From positions 310,001 through 374,000 of the forward strand of contig LSRY02000002.1 in assembly GCA_001643675.2 (NCBI GenBank): DNA of 64,000 nt, given 5' to 3'. Origin of the DNA: Monocercomonoides exilis PA203. Taxonomy: Eukaryota > Protista > Preaxostyla. The stretch's first letter is position 1; each line of letters begins with the position of its first letter. The position numbers and the translations under genes are program-made. The notes beneath the pieces were generated by a model, which was given only the letters and a program-made list of their open reading frames with translations, had not been told where the DNA came from and did no database searches. Shown one piece after another: positions 22,601-34,999 of this stretch.

Positions 22601-25600
22601 ATCTTTCTTCTCAGAAGAAGCATTGTCTCTTTCAGCAACATCTGATGAACCTCTGCTGATCACATTGAACATGTTTTGTAATATAAATTTTCCTTTTTTG
22701 GCTTTTTTCTGCTTTTTTGATGATTTCTGCTGTTGAATTGCAGCAGAACGATTCGCAGAAAGCGAAAGAGGATAAAAGCGATGTGGATGCGAAGCAGCTC
22801 GAAGAAGAAGGCGCGAAACATCGTTTTGCTGTGGCTGTACAGGAAACATCAGCTGAAGCTGTGTTGTGTCTGCTTTTCGTGTGGTTTTCGCATCTTTCTC
22901 TTCGAGTGGATTGGTAAGTGCTTCACTGAGTTGGGCAGAGCCTGTGAATTGTTGTTCCGTTGAGATATTTTTATTGTTAATGTTGATTTCATTGCTCTCT
23001 TTGACATCCTCCTCCTCTTCTCCTTCCACTTCTTCTTCTTCTTTCCAATTCCATTCTGGAAGTTGAGCTTCCATGATTGTCTTAGTTGTTCTCGGGACGA
23101 ACTTGCCTAGATGCGTATTCCACTCCATAAAACCTTTCCCCATCAGGAAGAGGTGTCTGTCGTCCCACATGTGCATAATCTGCCAGAACATGCTTGTCAC
23201 TCCTGCCAATTCCGTCCCGTCGACTCTGCCAATCGCATTCACACAGCTCAGCTCAGTGATCGATGGGCGACGGAAGAGCGCTGAAACTTCTTCTAACCCA
23301 CTCACAATCTCAGGCACAACAAATGAATTTGTGCTCTCCTTCATTGCTTTAATACGTTGTGTAATAAACTGATCTTTCTGCTGTTGCTTTTCTTTCTTTG
23401 AAATGTGTTTTCCTTCATTTGCTCTCACAACTCTGTTGCAAAAGCGCTGTGCTATTCTTCTAGCTGCATTTGTGAGCAGTTCCATCAGATGCGTCTCTTC
23501 CTCAATTCTCAGCTGAACACTCCCAAAGGAGCATGCGGTGCTGTCGAGTCTAACCAAAATCTTGCAGCCTGTCTGAAGAAGATCCCTCCTTAGAAGCAGT
23601 GCAGAGTGTGTGTGGAATGGATGCTCAGAAAGTGTCGAAGAACCCAAACTAGTTATCTTCTGCGACAGATCCAACGGAGTGCCTTTTGGCTGAATTTGAG
23701 GCATGGCAAGGAGAATGGTCGGGACATGCGGTGGGAAAAAGCCGCCATTGTTCTGCGAAAGAGAAGTCACAGCAGCCAACGAAAGAGGAGAGAGTGTTGC
23801 ACTTTCAATGAGAGATGCTATGCTCGGCGCAATTGACGCAAAATAGACAGCGATTTCTGCAACTTTTCGAGATGTTTTTGTGTGAGTTGCTTTTTGTTTG
23901 TTTCGGAAGGCCAGTTGTTCGCTGACTGAAAGTGGAGGTGGAGTTGGAGGCAGAAGCTGCCACATGCGGAACTTAGTTACATCGTCAATGTAGAACAACT
24001 CAGCCAGATTGATCTTGCATCTGATTGGAGGATTGATAAAGAGGCTGAGCGCTGAATCGTTCAACACGATGTCCTCGAATGTCTTGTGCTGCTCAGAATG
24101 AGCTGATGCTGTGTCACCATTGCTTTTGCCAATCGCTTTGCCAAGTTCAAATACAAGTTGCTTCTGTGCTGTCTCTGGAATGCCTCCTTTCTTCTTCCTC
24201 TTCCAATTAGCACTTCCGTTTTTGCCGTCATTTTTCCTTTCGGCTTCCTTTCCGTTCCTGTTTGAATCGCCTATCCTCCACATTTCAACAGGCGAATGAT
24301 CAAATGCCAGTACTGATCGGCAGAGCACGGTTGCTCCATGAATGGCATCATCGTCTGAGAGATTGACGTTGCTGTGCTGTTCAACTGCAGCTGTGTGAGA
24401 AGACAAAGGGATTCCAAAGCGCACTGCATCAGAAAAGAGGCGCTGATGGAGTGGATGTGCCGATGGATTCAAAGCAGAAGGAACGTGGAGCTGATGGCAA
24501 AGGAAATCGGATGATATGTTTTCTTGTTGGTAGAATTTATAAGAATACACCTTATTCAACTGTTCGTTTGGAGGCCTAGAATTGTTGGGGTTATTGCACA
24601 TTTGCATCAGTTTCTTGGATTTTAACCACTGAGTCAGTTTATTTATTCTCATCTGTTTTGTTCTTTCTTTGCCAAGATGATTGCGCGGATCCAAAGTGAC
24701 AAGAATGTCATCTCCCCAAACCTCCCAATTCATAAATGTAGGTTGTGTGCTGATAAGCTCAAGTTCTTCTTTCCTTTTTGGTTTTTCGGTTTCTTTCTCT
24801 TTATCCTCTTTATTGACAATCTCCTCCATTTTTCCTGTAGCATTGTCAGATGAATGGTCAGAGCCAGATATCTGACTTTGTGTTTTGTGTGTTAATTTCC
24901 ATTCGTTTGCGATTGAAGCGACCGCATTGTAAACATCGTCTACGACAGACAGAATCATTGGAGTGTGCACAACTTCTGTTTCTTTCAGCACACACGAAAG
25001 ATTCAAAAGTGAAAGAGGCTCAGCCGAAAGAACACGATGCATTTTCTTATTCAGCTCAGAAGTCGCTTCGCTTCCATCTAATTCGTATTCCTCTGCTATT
25101 TTGAGCAGATCACTCACTTCTTCATACGCCCAGCTGTCTAATTCCTTCTTCTCATTCTCCTCCTTCTTCTCCTTCTTTCTCGCCAGGCTTCTTCTGCTGA
25201 ATGTGAATGCTGCTTGTATTGCTGAGTCATACGGCACAAAACTGTCAATGCCATTTCTCTTTTGCATTTGCCTGTCCTTCTCTGCTTTTTGCATCTTCCA
25301 GTCTTCCTTTCTGATTCTCCATTGTTTGTCACCTCTTCCTCTCTTCCTCTCCTCCTCGTTGTCCTTCAGCCTCCCCAGCAGAACGGAGGTTGGTCCAATC
25401 AGAGTCGCACAATGCTCACTCGGCCCACACACAAGCGAAATCCAGTCAGCAGAAAAAGCGCCAGTGAGTTGGCGGCAAATGAAGAAAGGAGCAGGAGAAG
25501 AAGGAGAAGATTGAGAAGGAGGAGGAGGAGGAGGTCGTTGAACAATTGGCTTGTCAGAAATCAAAGAAGAGAGCGATCGAAAGCGCAGATCTGTAAATTC

Positions 25601-26762
25601 AGAGGAAAACACTTGAGAACTCGAAGAATTGTCAGAAGGAAGAGTCAAATCGATATGAGCAGGGATGTTTGTGAGGGCAAGAGAAGGGCTGTGAATTCGA
25701 AGGGAGACGAATGAAGGGAGCATCGTGAAGAAGATTGAAGAGTCATCAAAATCAACAAGAATGTGCGTCAGAATGGGCAGGTGAGCAGAGGCAGAGGTTG
25801 TTTGAGATGCAGCCAAAGATGCTAACTGACTTGTCGTTACAGCAGAATTAGACTGAAAACTATCTTTTTTAACTTTTTCATTGGCAGAATCTGATTGATT
25901 GCTTTGTTTCTGTGTGTCTGCCTTCAGAATCTTGCTGTTGCTCTCTTCAATCCTCGACAGAATGTCTGGTGCGATTTCATCGAGTGCAAGCACAGTCGCT
26001 CTGACAATCGCAATCAGCGGCTGAGGAACGCCATCGTCTTCAGCTGCACCAAAATCAGAAGAAGACGATGTGGTTAGCAGAAGATCTGAGTCATCCGTCT
26101 TCAAAAGAATTGTCTCCTGTTCTGTTTGTGTGTCTATGCTGTCCAATTCATCTGTGTCGATGAAGAAGAAAGTGTCTGGAATGCATACACGAATAAAGAG
26201 AGGGTCATCCACACTCAAAAGTGGTGAGGAAAAGAAAGAGGAAGGTTGGGTGATGCCATCGAGATCGAAATGAGGGCGTTTGAACGTGCTGCTCAAGCGC
26301 TCTGAGATTATCTGCTCGTTTGTGTAGAACTGATTGACGTCTGCCTCTTGCTTCTGACAAGATTCTTGGTCTGTTCCTATTCGGTGGAGCATCTCAGAAA
26401 AGAGGGCTGAGTGAAGAGAAGAAGCTTCAGAAGCAGAAGAAGAAGACGACGACGATGATGAAGGAGAACTGAGACAGGACAATAGATGCTCGTGAATAGA
26501 CAGCTGAGGAGACTTCAGACTGGTTGAGTGGCCAGGCGACGCTGCTGATGAAAGAGAGCTGTCTTCGTTGGGAGGCAGAGAAGAGAGCTGAGGCGTGTAA
26601 AGAGAAGGCACAGCGAAATGAAGAGAAACAATGCGGTCGACAAGAAGAATGGCAGATTGCGTCTTTTTGAGCGGATCGTATTCCAAACGCTGTGGAAGAG
26701 CATTGTTGACAAAGTTGTTGTCGAGAAGAGGAGCATAACTGGATGAATGATACTTTGAATGT

Positions 26763-26794
<32 letters not shown>

Positions 26795-27902
26795 GGCAGA
26801 GTTTGAAAAGAATGAAAAAGAAGGGGAATATGTTTTCTTCCTCTTCTTCAAAAGAGAAGTCGAATACACAAAAAGCGAATGAAAGCTGACTGCAACACTA
26901 ACATCAGGACAGCGCTTGATTTGTCTGCAGTCAGATGCCTCATCAACCTCAGAGACATTCGCTTCTTGTGCAATTTGAGTGATACTTGGTGATTCAGATG
27001 GAGAGGAGGAGGAGGAAGAAGAAGAAAAGGAAGAAGAAGAAGAGGAAGATGATGATGAACAAGATCCGCTATTTTTTGGTGGAAGCATACAACCAAACAT
27101 GTCCTGAGTGAATGCAGTGAGTGAGGGGTGGATGAATTCTTCTCTTTCTGCCTCTCTTTCGCTGCTGAACGGAGCAGAAATGCGGATGAGATCGCTCTCA
27201 GACGCCGAGTGTATCTCAAACGGAGAGTCGAAAAAGGCAGCAGAAGTCGATTTTTCTGTGTGGGATTCGATGCGATGGCGGATGGTGGAGACGAAGAAGG
27301 CAGAAAGAGGGTCGTTTATGGTGACAGGCACATCATCTGCCTCGTCCTCGTCGTCAGAGGCAGACAGTGTGAGTGCTCGGAACATGGACGATTCGAGTGG
27401 AGAAGACTGACTTTTGCGCTTGGGAGGGAGAGAGAAGAAGAGGAAGCGCTGTTCGTGTGGATGAGAAGCAGAAAGAGGAGGAAGTGGAAGAGAAGAGGGA
27501 ATGGAAGAGGAAGAGGAAGAGGAAGAAGGCGAGAGTGGAGGTGAGATGGGTGCTGATGAAGAGAATGAACGCAATTGTGTTGGTGGAATTGAAGAAGAAG
27601 ATGAAGCAGCAGCTGAAATGATTGACAGAGGCGATTGAGATGATGATGATGAAGAGGCAGACGAAGATGAAGATGAAGGCAAAGGCAAAGATGAACGAAG
27701 AGAAGAATTATTAATTGGAGAACGGAATCTTTCGCGTGGCTCAACTTGAGAAGGAGGCGGTGGGTCTGTTGGCAAGCAGACGCCGAGCATAAACAGAACA
27801 TCAGAAAGAGAGAAGCAGAGGGCATGGCTGTATGAATGCTCAATGAACCGGATGGAAGAAGAAGTGTTGCTGGATGACTGTTTGAGAGAAGAAGAGGAGG
27901 AG

Positions 27903-27935
<33 letters not shown>

Positions 27936-30900
27936 AAATGAATCGAATCTGATTGACTCTTCTGAGAAGGGACAAGCACAAAGAGAGAGAGGCCGTCCAG
28001 TTTGAATGTCATTCCAATCACAAACAGCCTCTTTTGAGAGGATTCAACAGCAACCACAAGCGTCTCTGCCCGTTTTGCCTCGTCTGACGAAGAATGTTTG
28101 AGAGACAAGATTGTTTTGGCATCTGCTATCTTCTGAAGAGACTGAGATGTTGATGGCTTGGTTGTGTGTGATTGATCAGTCAATGAAGATGATGAAGAGG
28201 AAGAGGAAGAAGAGGAAGAAGAGGAAGAAGAGGAAGCTGATTGAGAAGAAAGAATGTTGAACTTATCAGAAGAGCTATCTGACTCATCCAAATGGAATGA
28301 AGAAGATGTTGCGTGAGGTCTGAGAGAAGAAGAAGAAGCGATGGCAGAAGTGACGTCGTCAACAAGAGAAAGAAGCGGAGTGACGAGAGAAAGAGGAAGC
28401 ATCACAGAAATAGGCTGAGCAGAAAAGGAGAGCGAAACGTGGAAGACGGTGCGGAAGAGAAGGGCAGAGGAAGACGTGGCAGCTTCAGAAGTGGGTAAGA
28501 GAGAAGGGAGAGGAGAGGTTGGGTACATTGGATAGACCTGGATGTGGAAGGAGAAGGGGTCTTTGGAGAGAGAAGAAGAAGAAGAAGGAGAAGATAGAGA
28601 AGATGGAGAAGATGGAACAGGAAGAGAGGAAGAGGAAGAGGAAGAAGAGGAAGAAGAAGATGATTGATGAGAAGATATTTGTGAATTGGATGATGATGAT
28701 GATGTGGAAGAGGAAGAGGAAGATGAAGAGGAAGAGGAAGAAGAAGATGTCTTTGAGTGCGTGGTTGGAGTTGAAGATGAATGTGAAGATGAAGTGGATG
28801 AAGCAGCATTTGATGTGGAAGAAGGCAAAGTGGAAGAGACTGTTGAAGAAGAAGAAGAGGCAGATGCAGATGCAGATGCAGAAGAAGAGGAAGAGGAAGA
28901 GGAAGAGGAAGAGGAAGAGGAAGAGGAAGAGGAAGAGGAAGAGGAAGAGGAAGAGGAAGAGGAAGAAGAAGGAGGAGGAGGAGGTGATTTTGTAGACGTT
29001 GAAGTGGATGCTGATGTGATTGAAGCCTTTTGATTAGCAGAAGAAGCAGAAGAAGAAGCAGACAAAGATTGTGTTGAACTCTTTTCAATCAAAGAAAAAT
29101 TCGGAATGCAAATCATTTGTATCAAAGAATCAGCACTTCGAAGCAACTCATCTTCTATTTTCGAATTTGGATTCTTTTTCTCTTCTTTCTTCTCATTTTG
29201 CTCAGAAAGCAGAGGCATTATCAGGTTTTCTGGTATTTTCAGTGGAAGAATTTTCGATCTGCTGAGAACTTCGAGTTTTGCAGAGCGCAGAACAAAATGG
29301 ACAAGCACAGGGGACAAATACTTGCTGATGAAGTTTTCTCGCCTTTTCTCCTCTTCCGACAGCTGAAATGCACTTTCATTTGAACTTTTGTCTTCGACTG
29401 AATTGTTCTGCTTCTGCTTCTGCTTCTCCTCCTCTTTCTCCTCTTTCTCCTTCTTTTCTTGTGTGTCTGTTTCGTGTGGAGTGATTGCATCCACATTGTT
29501 TGATGTCTCAGTCTTCGTTTTTTCCTCTTTGTCTTCATTTTGCAATGTTATCTTGTCTTTTTCATTGGATGTTGAGCTGATTGCGCTTATTTTGTTGTTT
29601 TTGTCTGTTGAAGTGTTGCGAATGAGTCTTTTTGGGGCAGCTATGCAGAGATGGATGCTGTTGACAGAGAGAGAAAGATGCTCCTTTTGTTGGATTGGCA
29701 CATCTGAGCAATGAGAAGAAAGAGAAGAAGAGGAAGAGGAAGAGGAAGAAGAGGAAGAGGAAGAAGAATAGCATCTTTTTGAGTGTGAGAAAGGCATTTC
29801 AGCTGTGGCTGAGTCGATGCCAATGTGGATGACAGCATCATACAGCCATCGGATGTTATGCTTTGGTGTTAGCCGTTCTCTTTCTGCCTCTTCTTTAGAC
29901 ACATCTGTTTGTTCTTTTTCATTGCTTTTCTCTTTCTCCTTTTTCTCTTCCTCTTCTTTCTCTTCTTTTTTCTCTTGTTCAGTTTCATTCAAATCTTCGT
30001 TTTCTTGTTCATTTCTGTCTTCTGCTGTCTCTTTCTTCTCATTCTTCTCGTTTTCTCTCTTCTCACTGTCACTCATGGCAACACGCATTCTCTCTGAAAG
30101 CATCGCGTCTGACCCATTTTTTGTGCTTTTGCCCATCGGAGACGAATGTTTGATAGGAAAATGAGTCAAATTTGAATGCGTCTGCATTTGCGGCTGAAGA
30201 ACATCTGATGTTTCATCTGATGTTTCTTCGGCTGTTTCTTCAGGTGTTTCAGAGAGCTTTTCGAGAAAAGCGTCTTCGATAGATGGAATGGAGGAGAGAA
30301 TGAGAGACGAGGCATTTTCGCGTGTGAGTGTGCTGAAGACACACTGGAGAGAAGGAAGAGACTCATTTTGCAGCGGATTCTGAGTGAGTGACTCAGAAAT
30401 GAAGGAAAAGGGATCAGAAGAAGAGGAAGAAGAGGAAGAGGAAGAAGAGGAAGAGGAAGAAGAGGAAGAGGAAGAAGAAGGAGAAGAGAAAAAACAAGCT
30501 GTTGAAGAAGAGCAATATGAAGGAGCAGGTGAGTTTGATGGATAGTCAGAGGAAGGACAAAACAAAGACGAGAGAGGAATCAACTGCTCCTGCAGCTTTC
30601 TCTCTTTCTTCAGTCGCTTGCGCTCTAATTTCATTTCCTGCTCTTCATCCATCTCTTCGTGCTCTTTCTCGCCACTCACTAGACCACTGCCAAAAATCAG
30701 CTCTCCCACTTTTCTTTGCCCTTCTCTTTGGCTTCTGTCATCTTCACCTCCTTCTCCTCCTTCTCCTTCATCTGCCATCTCATCGCTCATCACCCCTCCC
30801 GTCAGTCTATTTAGCCTTCTCCTCAGTCTGCTCCTCTTCTCTCTGATTGTCTGCTTCTGCTGTGCAATCATCGCCAGTATCTCTTCTTTCTCACTTGACG

Positions 30901-33096
30901 AGAGAACACGAGAGGCAGAGCTCCAGAGCGGGACACGCATTCGGAGGAAGTCTTCAGCCGAGGCATTTCGGAGGGAGTGGATGGACAGCAGCTGAGAGGG
31001 TTGGGGGATGAGGGCATCGTATGCGATGTTCAGACGGAAGAGAGGCAGACGCTGCGGCTGAGAGGATGTGCTGGCGAGGGAGTTGGAGGTGCGATGGAGC
31101 TTTGATCGTCTGTACGAAGAGGATGTTTGGCGGAGAGAGCTGTTTTTGGAGTGGGGAAAGGAGTTATAATAGACATCGAAGTCGGGTGTAGGGTGTGCAA
31201 GTGAGGGCGAAGAGGCAAAAGGCGAGGCTGCAGAAACAAGAACTGTTGACCCCAGCTTTGACGAAGCATCTTTCGATGATAATTTTGCTGTGTTTTCCTC
31301 TTCCTGCTCGTTGAGGAGCTGCGGTTTCTGCTGCTCTTCTTCTGCTTTTGCCTCGTCTGCCTCACTGGAAGAGTCTCCGCTGTTTTTAGACGATTCTTCC
31401 TTTGCCTTTTGCGGCAGCACAACTCTTTCCACTTTCTCAACTTCTCCTGCCGTTTTGAGCAGCGACAAGATCTGGTTGATGCCTTCTGTGGTGACATGTG
31501 CCATCACCTGGTGCAGGTTGAAGAACACACGCAGATCAGAAAACCCGCCCCACCTAAAGGGAAAGATCACGGGCGTTAAGGGCGACTCCTTCTCGCCACT
31601 TGTGAGGGCGCTGTCAGAAGAAGACTCAACTTCAGCACCTTCACTCGGGTCGCTGATGTTGAGCATCATCAGATTCTGCAGGAATTGTGTTTCGAATTCC
31701 GTTGGCTTGCGCTTGGAAAACAGCGCACAGACATCCAAGTCGACTGAAGGGAGTCTCAGAAGCATGAGAGGCGGGGATGCTGGTGAAGAGAAGTCAAAAT
31801 AAAAAATAATGAAAAAAAAATATGTGAATGTGGATAGTAAAATAGAAAAAAGGAGCAATTAGCAATGCAATTCTATTTCAATCAGAGAAATACAAGGAAA
31901 GCAGCACACTTTTCGTGCAGCCGACGACAGAAAGCGAAATGTCCTTGAAAGAGAGGTGGACGTTCCACTGGTCTTTCCTCTTTTTCGACTGCACAACGCC
32001 GTCTTTGACTTCCACGTCGTCCATTTCTCTGTTCCGCCAGATGTCTTCAAACGACTCGCCCTGCTCAGTCTCCATCCCTTCCGGAGTTGCAGCCTCTGAC
32101 GGCGCAGAATTGTCGGCAGTCAGCTCGACGTGGGAGATGTTCAGCAGAATGTCTCCTTTGCGGGGGTTGTGCGACAGAGACGGATGTTCTGTTGCTTCTG
32201 TGGAATTTCTATGGACTTGCTCTGGCTGTTCTGTGGCGTTGATGGGTGTAGATAAAGCTTGTGCCAACAAAACAGTGGGCCTGTCATTTTCTTCAAAAGA
32301 CGGTGCGTTTTTATGCACAGGTGAAGATAAAATAAAAGAGTTTGTTTGATCTTTTGAACATAGTTTATTTGTATTCTCAGGATTACGAAGAAGTATCGAT
32401 ATTGATTGTATTGTCAGGCCTGATAGATGAAGTATTTTCAATATCAGATTCATATAATTTTCTAACGCATTTAGAAAGCCAGATTTTTGATTTGCTTGAT
32501 CTTCTTCAGTTGATTTTTCATCTTGAATCTCCGATTCTGCTGGCATTACATTAATCATCTGATAATCTAGAAATGAATAAAAGTGAAAAATGTATTCATT
32601 AATTTTAAGATGTGTTGTTCAACCTCGAATTTTAAGAACTATGAAAAATGATTTGAAAGTAATTTTGAGTGGAATAGAAATTTGTGGATTTGTTAAACTA
32701 CCATATTCAATTTCAAATAATGTTGTTTCCAGCTCTGAATTTAAGTTCTAAATTTTTGTACTTATTTTTAAGCTCAAATGAAAATATAAAAACACAAACC
32801 TCAACGTTTAATTCAAAAATATCAGGTGAATTGGTTTTCAATCGACTTATATCTCCAAGTATGTATTTTTCAAATTGAATTCCGGTTAAATTAATAATTT
32901 TCCCTCTAATTTGCTCTCCAGACCATCTTCCGACTGCACTAACTCCTTCACCGACCATTTGAATTCCTTTAAATCCAACTTTTGTAGCCTCTCCCCCAAC
33001 TCGAATTGCTGCTCCTATAGCAGCTGCAGTAAGATGTGCTGCTCCAGTTATTGTTGCAGAGCCTACTTTTTTTACTGCATTAAATATAAATGACAT
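19634..33096 (-). CDS. ATG2: ATG2-like bridge-type lipid transfer protein (chorein-N family); exons 33096-32800, 32747-32624, 32566-31910, 31779-19634; ~4,407 aa
   Basis: Spliced N-term ELNVENLNSELETTLFEIEYGSLTNPQISIPLKITFKSFFIVLKIR is chorein-N-like. IGDFIIKDRTIAS resembles ATG2 DFEIxD. FSFEMDPFTLFLSFR and IIPSFEGVCLDF...VIPLFGQVVAAL...LVGGMKRLASIPLEVAGRLL resemble the ATG2 C-terminal region. Three frame-preserving introns. Confidence 0.68.
28860..28985 (+). repeat. Coding microsatellite: (GCAGAT)3, then perfect (GAAGAG)13 at 28884-28961, then (GAA)n(GGA)n; encodes poly-Pro/poly-Ser on the minus strand
   Basis: Read directly. Shorter GAAGAG/GAA arrays also at ~27000-27060, 27890-27935, 28185-28235, 28620-28745, 29720-29768 and 30417-30490. 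Confidence 0.95.
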
Positions 33097-33380
33097 GATA
33101 ATTTATTATTTTTTAAGATATAAAAAGGTAAAGGGTTTTCAATTTTTTGGAAATTATAAATATTTGATTTAAAATATCGTATGAATCATTACAGAAAATA
33201 TGTTATTCATGAGCTAATTTTTATGGAATAATTAATTCTCTTGATTCACATTTCATTTATGCAAAATAACTTTTTTTGATATGAATAAAAAAACTCATTT
33301 AATTTGTTATGTGATCATTTCTTCAAAAAAATTTTTTATTGGAAAAATTATCTTAAAGCATTCCTTATTTGTTGTTAGTA

Positions 33381-33417
33381 TTTTTTCTTTTTTCTTTCTT
33401 TCTTTCTTTCTTTCTTT
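33381..33417 (+). repeat. (TTTC)n intergenic microsatellite
   Basis: TTTTTTCTTTTTTCTTTCTTTCTTTCTTTCTTTCTTT read directly. Confidence 0.8.
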
Positions 33418-33575
33418 AAAATAAAATACGCACTTTTTTTAAAAACAAATTTTGCTTTATTTTTAAATTTTTTTTTATTTTTATTTTTTCTCATCATCTG
33501 GAAAAACGAAATTATAAAACAACAATTCAAGAGCTTCGCGTTTTTTCCATGAAAGGGATAGACATCTTCATTTCT

Positions 33576-34999
33576 TCAGAAAACATAATTATCCATGCAC
33601 TCAACAGATGACCCATTCAACTTGCAACAAAACGATTTCATGAAGCAAAGGATCATCTCTTCGCACCCTTCGCTTTCCAGTTTCTCACATGCCCATCTTC
33701 TGGTGCTCTCCTCGTCTGAATTGGTTCTTTCTCTCAGCTTCTTCAACATCTTTGAAACAAAACCCAAGCAATGCTCAGTTGCAAGATATTCCAACGTTGG
33801 CTGGCTCAGTCCTTCCAGGTCAATATCAACAGCTCCACCTCCCACCAGCACGGCAATCAACACACTCTCCAACCTCATCAGAAACTCAACCTTTTCGATG
33901 TAATTCAGAAACATATCTTCCTCACAGAACTTTGTTGTTCTGTCCAGCTGCACAACACACCCAACCAACCCAACACATTCTTTGGAGCACAATCGACACT
34001 CCCTAAAATAGTTCCATATTGCCACCATCCATCTCTTCATCAGCCACACTTCCTTCTTTTCTTTTCTTTCTTTTTTTTTTTTCTTTTTCTTTTTCCATTT
34101 CTGTCCAATTCACATATCCCATCAGCTCCTCAAGCTCGCTCGCTGTCTCTTCCGCAAAGTGCAGCTCTCCCTCAATCACATCTTCCAGTCCCGCCTCTTT
34201 TCTCTTCAGCTGCAAAACCAGAAGATCCCAAGCAGTCTGACACGTCACATCTGTGAGGTTGCCATGCTCCTCGTGACGCCTTATGATTCCCGAAAGCCCA
34301 TCAACACATATCCTTGCTTCCATCCACTGTCGAAAAAATAGAAAAATATCATATTCTCACAAATCCCTTCAAACAGGCAACAATGTGCACACTGCATATA
34401 TTCTCATGAACTTCAAAGCCAGAAATGCATATTCTGCTTTTTTTGCGCTTCTGCCTTCTCCTCCCCCTCCTTGTTCGAAGGAACCCTCAGGAGACAGCGA
34501 GCACGCGTGGAGGCCAAGTCCTCCTCCATACAATAATGATGCCCATGCAGAGAAAAGAACACTTCGCAGAGTTCACTCAGCCACTTCTCATTCTTCCCTT
34601 CTGTCTTCTTCTCCTCTTCCCCAATCGCCAACTCAAAACGCTTGCACAGCGCAGAAGAATAAAAGTTTGGATTCTTTTTGTCATTCAGCATCCGCCAACA
34701 TCCAATCTGCTTCATCAGCGGGACAACCTCTTCAAACGAGATTTTCTTTTCTCCAACCATTTTCTCGATTTCATCAAAGACTTCCTTCTTCGAAACCATG
34801 CCCAGCTCCTTTTTGCTCATGCCCCCCACTAGGCCTGCCATTTCTCTGATTTTCTGCCTTCTCTCAGCATCACGCAAATTCCCAAGCTGGAAAAGCATTT
34901 CTTCAAAAAAAGAGATATTCCATCAACACAAAACATCACATGCAAACGCCAAAATATATCTGCACGCTTCGCCTTCCTGTCTGCAACTTCCTCACTCAT
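33576..34999 (-). pseudogene. Helical-repeat protein of a lineage-expanded hypothetical family; 3 exons (34999-34948, 34900-34393, 34326-33576) with two homopolymer frameshifts (pseudogene or assembly error)
   Basis: Pieces ERRQKIREM, KNEKWLSELCEVF, HGNLTDVTCQTAWDLL, ELHFAEETASELEEL and EKLESEGCEEMI resemble a large oxymonad family as recalled. Both introns are frame-consistent. The frame breaks only at T7 (34438-34444) and in the T-rich run around 34060-34095. Confidence 0.7.

Noticed and set aside
27100-30200. Plus-strand poly-Glu and Lys/Arg-rich ORFs (e.g. 28519-28995, 28686-29033) and alternative-frame Leu/Pro ORFs
   Set aside because: Shadows of the stop-free TCT/TCC microsatellites in the ATG2-like gene.
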